A stretch of 32,000 bases of DNA from Desulfotalea psychrophila LSv54. GTDB taxonomy: Bacteria > Desulfobacterota > Desulfobulbia > Desulfobulbales > Desulfocapsaceae. Positions within the stretch are counted from its first letter, which is position 1, and each line of letters begins with the position of its first letter. The translations under genes and the position numbers were made by a program. This document shows positions 27,386 through 32,000 of this stretch, piece after piece. The notes below the pieces were generated by a model, which did not search any database, was not told the DNA's origin, and saw nothing but the letters and a program-made list of their open reading frames with translations. The stretch lies in NCBI RefSeq assembly GCF_000025945.1, contig NC_006138.1:870001-902000 (forward strand), in the 5' to 3' direction.

Positions 27386-28666
27386 ATGGCAAAACATGAG
27401 ACGCCCTTGTTGGATCAGTTGGAGAGTGGCCCGTGGCCGAGCTTTGTAACTGACATTAAACGCCAAGCTGAGAAGAAGCCCGAGTGTTGGGATATCCTCG
27501 GTATCTTGGAACTGTCTTTCAAAGAGAGAATCACTCACTGGAAGCACGGCGGAATCGTTGGTGTTTTTGGATACGGTGGTGGTATCGTTGGTCGTTATGC
27601 GGATGTACCTGAGCGTTTTCCAGGTGTTGAGCACTTTCACACTATTCGTGTTGCTCAGCCATCTTCTAAATATTACACTTCAAAGAATCTTCGTCAGTTG
27701 ATGAACCTTTGGGAGAAGCATGGTTCTGGTATGACCAACTTCCATGGCTCTACTGGTGATGTTATTCTTCTTGGAACTCGAACAGAGAATCTTGAGCCTT
27801 TTTTCTGGGACCTTACCCACGAAATGGGACAGGATCTTGGTGGTTCTGGTTCTAACCTTCGTACTCCTGCATGTTGTCTCGGAACTTCTCGTTGCGAGTG
27901 GGCATGTTACGATACTCAGGAAGCTTGTCATAGTTTGACCATGCATTATCAGGATGAGATTCATCGTCCTGCTTTTCCATATAAGTTCAAATTCAAGTTC
28001 TCCGGTTGTCCAAACGATTGCGTTGCCGCTATCGCTCGTTCAGATGTGGCCGTTATCGGCACCTGGAAAGATGATATTCGTATCGACCAGGCTGCCGTTA
28101 AAGGATATATGGCAAATGAATTCCCAGCAAACGGTGGTGCTTTCATCGGTCGCGAATGGGATGCATTTGATATCCAAAAAGAAGTTATCGACCTCTGCCC
28201 AACCAACTGTATGTGGATGGAAGATGGCGAATTGAAGATTGATGACGCCGAGTGTACCCGTTGTATGCATTGCATCAACGTTATGCCTCGTGCTCTTCGT
28301 CCAGGTGCTCAAGGTGGTGCGTCTATCTGTGTTGGTGCTAAGGCTCCAATTCTTGATGGTGCCCAGTTTGCTACCTTGATTCTTCCTTTTATTCCAGTAA
28401 CCAAAGATAACGATTTCGAAGAGCTCATCGAGTTCATCGAGTCTATCTGGGACTGGTGGATGGAAATTGGAAAGAACCGTGAGCGTGTTGGCGAAACCAT
28501 GCAACGCGTTGGTCTTCCAACCTTCTTGAGAGCTGTTGGTGTTGAAGCACTTCCACAGCATGTGAAATACCCTCGAGAAAATCCATACGTTTTCTGGAAT
28601 GAAGAAGAGGTTGAAGGTGGTTTTGAGCGTGACGTACAAGAGTTCCGTGCTCGCCACGCAGCTTAA
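27386..28666 (+). CDS. dsrA: Dissimilatory sulfite reductase alpha subunit
   Basis: The N-terminus [25 protein letters not shown] is typical of DsrA. Siroheme/Fe-S Cys cluster [16 protein letters not shown]. Ferredoxin insert CPTNC...[12 protein letters not shown]. Strong SD AAAGGAGG. Highly biased codon usage. Confidence 0.97.
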   Translation: MAKHETPLLDQLESGPWPSFVTDIKRQAEKKPECWDILGILELSFKERITHWKHGGIVGVFGYGGGIVGRYADVPERFPGVEHFHTIRVAQPSSKYYTSKNLRQLMNLWEKHGSGMTNFHGSTGDVILLGTRTENLEPFFWDLTHEMGQDLGGSGSNLRTPACCLGTSRCEWACYDTQEACHSLTMHYQDEIHRPAFPYKFKFKFSGCPNDCVAAIARSDVAVIGTWKDDIRIDQAAVKGYMANEFPANGGAFIGREWDAFDIQKEVIDLCPTNCMWMEDGELKIDDAECTRCMHCINVMPRALRPGAQGGASICVGAKAPILDGAQFATLILPFIPVTKDNDFEELIEFIESIWDWWMEIGKNRERVGETMQRVGLPTFLRAVGVEALPQHVKYPRENPYVFWNEEEVEGGFERDVQEFRARHAA

Positions 28667-28713
28667 TACGACTTTTTAATCTGTCTAACATAAAATATAA
28701 AAGGAGATTTATC

Positions 28714-29853
28714 ATGGGTTATAATCCTGATAAGCCAATGGACGGCCGACTCTCTGACCTTGGTCCACCACATTATGAACAATTTTTCCCTCAAGTAATT
28801 CGGGAAAATAAGGGCAAATGGCTCTGGCACGAGATTCTTCAGGCTGGCGTTTTGATGCACAAATCTGAAACTGGCGCTGAGGTTTATACCGTGCGTGTAG
28901 GTTCTGCTCGTCTTATTTCTATCGAGCACGTTCGTGAGCTTTGTGACATCGCTGATGCCCATTGTGACGGACACCTTCGTTTCACCACTCGTAACAACGT
29001 TGAGTTCATGGTAGACGCCAAAGAGAAGGTTCAACCTCTTCTTGACGATCTTGCAAGCCGTGGCAACAAGTTCCCTGTTGGTGGTACCGGTGCTGGTGTA
29101 ACTAACATTGTTCACACCCAGGGTTGGGCTCACTGTCATACTCCTGCTACCGATGCCTCTGGTGTTGTTAAAGCAGTTATGGATGAGCTTTTTGAGTATT
29201 TCACATCTCAAGTTCTTCCTGCACAGTGTCGTATCGCGCTTGCATGTTGTTTGAACATGTGTGGTGCTGTTCACGCGTCTGACATCGCTATTCTCGGTGT
29301 TCACCGTAAGCCACCTATGATCGATCACACCCGTATTTCTGGTGTATGTGAGCTTCCGCTTGCTATTTCATCTTGTCCTCTTGGTGCTGTTAAGCCTGCG
29401 AAAGCAGTGGTTAATGGAAAAGAGATCAAGACCGTAAAAGTTAACGTAGAGCGCTGTATGTTCTGTGGTAACTGTTACACCATGTGTCCTGCTATGCCAC
29501 TGGCTGATCCAGATGGTGATGGTATTGCAATCTTGGTTGGTGGAAAGGTATCTAACTCACGTCAGGCACCTAAGTTCTCCAAGCTTGTTATTCCTTTCTT
29601 GCCAAACAACACTCCTCGTTGGCCAGAAGTTGTTAATGCTATCAAGGGTATTCTTGAAGCATATGCAGCTGGTGCAAACAAATACGAGCGTCTTGGCGAG
29701 TGGGCCGAAAGAATTGGTTGGGAAAAATTCTTCGAAGTTTGTGAAATTCCATTCACAGACAAGAGCATCGACGATTATCGTCTTGCTTATGACTCATGGC
29801 GTACAACTACTCAGTTCAAGTACACCAGCCATACTGCCAGTTATACCAAGTAG
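28714..29853 (+). CDS. dsrB: Dissimilatory sulfite reductase beta subunit
   Basis: N-terminus [20 protein letters not shown], segment [12 protein letters not shown] and ferredoxin motif [13 protein letters not shown]. Strong SD AAAGGAG. Confidence 0.97.
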   Translation: MGYNPDKPMDGRLSDLGPPHYEQFFPQVIRENKGKWLWHEILQAGVLMHKSETGAEVYTVRVGSARLISIEHVRELCDIADAHCDGHLRFTTRNNVEFMVDAKEKVQPLLDDLASRGNKFPVGGTGAGVTNIVHTQGWAHCHTPATDASGVVKAVMDELFEYFTSQVLPAQCRIALACCLNMCGAVHASDIAILGVHRKPPMIDHTRISGVCELPLAISSCPLGAVKPAKAVVNGKEIKTVKVNVERCMFCGNCYTMCPAMPLADPDGDGIAILVGGKVSNSRQAPKFSKLVIPFLPNNTPRWPEVVNAIKGILEAYAAGANKYERLGEWAERIGWEKFFEVCEIPFTDKSIDDYRLAYDSWRTTTQFKYTSHTASYTK

Positions 29854-29877
29854 TCTGAATTAATATGATTGATAGTT

Positions 29878-29915
29878 CCCCGATGGGCATTTTGCCCGTT
29901 GGGGTTTTACTTTTT
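29878..29915 (+). terminator. Terminator/attenuator-like hairpin between dsrB and dsrD
   Basis: CCCCGATGGGC (29878-29888) pairs with GCCCGTTGGGG (29894-29904). The stem is 11 bp, including 2 G-U pairs, with a 5-nt loop. It is followed by TTTTACTTTTT and starts 25 nt after the dsrB stop. Confidence 0.55.
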
Positions 29916-29937
29916 CAATCGCTAAAGGAGGGTTATC

Positions 29938-30168
29938 ATGCCCATGGATGTCGACGAACTCAAAAACGTGATCGTAGAGAAGGCTCAGAAGTCTCCAAAG
30001 CCACAGCTTTACATCAAAGATTTCTACAAATGTGACCCTGAGACCAAGCCACGTGTTATGAAGAATATTTGTAACGAATTAGTTCGTGAGCAACGTCTTA
30101 TGTTCTGGTCTTCTGGATCAACCACCATGTACGGTGTACCAGAGAGAATTAAGAACGAAGAAGGCTGA
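29938..30168 (+). CDS. dsrD: DsrD (small winged-helix protein of reductive-type dsr loci)
   Basis: 76 aa and Lys-rich, with the conserved FWSSGSTTMYG motif. It lies immediately after dsrB. Strong SD AAAGGAGGG. Confidence 0.93.
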   Translation: MPMDVDELKNVIVEKAQKSPKPQLYIKDFYKCDPETKPRVMKNICNELVREQRLMFWSSGSTTMYGVPERIKNEEG

Positions 30169-30201
30169 TAGACTCTTTTTGAGTTTGTTATGATTCAGGA
30201 A

Positions 30202-30238
30202 GGGCCCATGGAGAGTTATCTCTATGGGCCCTTTTTTT
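30202..30238 (+). terminator. Rho-independent terminator ending the dsrABD unit
   Basis: GGGCCCATGGAGA (30202-30214) pairs with TCTCTATGGGCCC (30219-30231). The stem is 13 bp with 1 G-U pair and a GTTA loop, followed by 7 T. Confidence 0.88.
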
Positions 30239-30251
30239 ATGGAAGGGAAAA

Positions 30252-31004
30252 ATGTCTCAGATTATTAGAATAGCAGAAACTGCTTCGACCAATATTCTTG
30301 CCAAGGAGTATGCCCGGGCCGGGGCAGACCATGGCTCTGCCATTATTGCTGAAAACCAAACGGCAGGGCGGGGGCGTTTAGGTAAGCAGTGGCAGTCTAT
30401 TAGGGGAACAGGACTCTACTGTTCCATTATTATCCGACCACAACAGCTACCGCGTACAGAGTACCATAAACTTACCCTGGTAACAGGGCTTGCTGTGGCC
30501 CTCTCTCTGGAGTTTCTCACGGCAAAATCCTTCCAGCTGAAGTGGCCCAATGATGTCTACTATAAAGGGGTGGGGAAGTGTGCAGGAATACTCTGTGAAT
30601 CTGTCCTTGGAACTAATCCTCGCTCAGATTATCTGATTGCGGGTATTGGCATTAATGTGAATACCCGGCAAGAGGAGTTTGATGCTGAAGTTGCAGGTCG
30701 GGCAGGATCCTTATTTTCGATCACAGGAGAGGAACTCTGCATAGACCATGTTTTCAACTCTGTTTATGAGCAGATTTTGGCCCAGGTCGACGAGTTTTTT
30801 AGCGGAAATTTTTCCTCTATTCTATCGCAATGGCGACAGAGGGATATGCTGGCGGGGAGAAAATCCTGCTGGCTGACCATGGCGGGAGAAAGCGTTGAGG
30901 GCATTGCAGAGGGGGTAAGTAGTAGTGGCCAACTTTATATAAGAGATGCGAGTGGAGAGCGACATGAGGTGCTCTCTGGTGATGTACAGCTTGTCAGAGC
31001 GTAA
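30252..31004 (+). CDS. birA: Biotin--[acetyl-CoA-carboxylase] ligase, group I (no N-terminal HTH repressor domain)
   Basis: AENQTAGRGRLGKQW biotin/ATP-binding loop and KWPND motif. At 250 aa it is too short to carry the BirA HTH domain. Confidence 0.9.
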   Translation: MSQIIRIAETASTNILAKEYARAGADHGSAIIAENQTAGRGRLGKQWQSIRGTGLYCSIIIRPQQLPRTEYHKLTLVTGLAVALSLEFLTAKSFQLKWPNDVYYKGVGKCAGILCESVLGTNPRSDYLIAGIGINVNTRQEEFDAEVAGRAGSLFSITGEELCIDHVFNSVYEQILAQVDEFFSGNFSSILSQWRQRDMLAGRKSCWLTMAGESVEGIAEGVSSSGQLYIRDASGERHEVLSGDVQLVRA

Positions 31005-31066
31005 TAGCTGTCCATCGAAATTGTATAGGGTTATGTCACTGTGTTCAACTCTTGCCGTGAGGGAGA

Positions 31067-31094
31067 GCACTAGCTCAATGCCTTGAGCCAGTGC
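31067..31094. other. Hairpin between the convergent birA and metK genes
   Basis: GCACTAGCTCAA-TGCC-TTGAGCCAGTGC gives a 12-bp stem with one A/C mismatch. There is no U-tract on either strand. Confidence 0.35.
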
Positions 31095-31127
31095 CCTTAT
31101 AGCGGTCAGATTTCTAGGCTTGTCCTC

Positions 31128-32000
31128 CTAGAGTCCTGCAGCACTCTTTAACTCCTCTATCTTATCTGTACGTTCCCAAGGGAACTCTACATCACTACGT
31201 CCAAAGTGGCCGTAGGCTGCTGTCTGGCGATAAATTGGGCGGAGTAGGTCAAGTTGCTGAACGATGGCCTTGGGACGAAGATCGAAGTTTCCTAGAATAA
31301 GCTCTTTAATTGCCGCATCAGAGATTCTTCCTGTGCCAAAGCTATTGACGTTGATGGAAACAGGCTGGGCTATACCAATGGCGTAGGCAACCTGTATCTG
31401 AAGTTCGCTGGCAATACCAGCTGCCACCAGGTTTTTGGCGACATAGCGACCATAGTATGCAGATGATCTATCAACCTTGGATGGATCCTTTCCTGAGAAG
31501 GCACCACCACCGTGCAGGGCCTTGCCTCCGTAGGTATCGACGATAATCTTACGACCGGTAAGGCCGCAGTCACCAACCGGGCCTCCAATAACAAAACGGC
31601 CCGTGGGGTTAATGAAGAACTTGGTGTTGGCGTCAATCATATCAGCGGGCAGGGTCGGCTTGATAATCTCCTCCATTACCGCCTCTTTCAGATCGTTGTA
31701 ACTGATAGATTCATCGTGCTGGGTAGAGAGGACAACAGCGTCAATTCTTTTGGGTATCTTGTTCTCATACTCAATGGTTACCTGGCTCTTGGCATCGGGT
31801 CTGAGCCAGGGGAGAATGCTGCTTTTGCGTACCTGAGCCTGTCTACGGGTAAGTCTGTGGGCCAGGGTAATGGGCATGGGCATGAGGACATCGGTTTCAT
31901 TGCTGGCATAACCAAACATCAAGCCCTGATCGCCTGCTCCCTGATCAAGGTCAATACCTGCACCCTCATTAACGCCTTGGGCGATATCGGGTGACTGCTT
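31128..32000 (-). CDS. metK: S-adenosylmethionine synthetase, C-terminal ~290 codons; the N-terminus lies beyond the window end
   Basis: [12 protein letters not shown] and [16 protein letters not shown] motifs. The frame stays open upstream of the ORF-track Met (31922) to nt 32000, encoding [27 protein letters not shown]. Confidence 0.96.
   Translation of the reverse strand, partial: KQSPDIAQGVNEGAGIDLDQGAGDQGLMFGYASNETDVLMPMPITLAHRLTRRQAQVRKSSILPWLRPDAKSQVTIEYENKIPKRIDAVVLSTQHDESISYNDLKEAVMEEIIKPTLPADMIDANTKFFINPTGRFVIGGPVGDCGLTGRKIIVDTYGGKALHGGGAFSGKDPSKVDRSSAYYGRYVAKNLVAAGIASELQIQVAYAIGIAQPVSINVNSFGTGRISDAAIKELILGNFDLRPKAIVQQLDLLRPIYRQTAAYGHFGRSDVEFPWERTDKIEELKSAAGL

Noticed and set aside
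1-32000. Searched by eye for CRISPR repeats, IS inverted repeats/transposases, integrases, tRNA T-loops, toxin-antitoxin pairs and defence-type gene sets
   Set aside because: None were found. The only tandem repeat noted is an 8-mer duplicated once (TTTGATAT x2, 21938-21953) inside a promoter-like region. The standalone patatin gene has no cyclase or effector partners that would suggest CBASS-like defence.

Overview
This window reads as core chromosome of a dissimilatory sulfate/sulfite-reducing bacterium. Gene content suggests a Desulfobulbales-like organism with moderate GC; that placement is inference from gene content only, with no search run. I support 29 protein-coding features (one gene is split into two fragments). 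I found no rRNA, tRNA, CRISPR array, IS element or phage/defence module on either strand. Gene order: rnfG(partial)-rnfE-rnfA-rnfB-apbE, then a patatin-like lipase. On the minus strand: 2xACT protein, UPF0210/DUF711, icd. Next an orphan lipoprotein, then ychF, yhaM-like, holB, PSP1/ricT, metG, yggT, divIVA, yggU and a TIM-like gene. On the minus strand: an ABC1/UbiB kinase. Then dnaG-rpoD-dprA-rpe-pgi, dsrA-dsrB-dsrD, birA, and metK (minus, partial). I do not see a convincing self-contained novel system here, and most of the window is ordinary housekeeping. The observations I rate highest are these. (1) RnfA carries an in-frame N-terminal signal peptide plus a ~90-aa periplasmic domain, translationally coupled to rnfE. 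(2) A triosephosphate-isomerase-family paralog has its catalytic Glu replaced by Cys and a degenerate loop 6. (3) The ABC1/UbiB gene has its N-terminal 46 codons in a different frame. The two frames can only be joined at CUA-AGA-UGA just downstream of an AGGAG, so this is either a +1 frameshift site or an indel. (4) The dprA start is anomalous: a strong SD and ATG sit in the wrong frame next to a C4 run. (5) A terminator-like hairpin lies between dsrB and dsrD. All family assignments rest on motifs I recognise by eye; no database search or computation was run.
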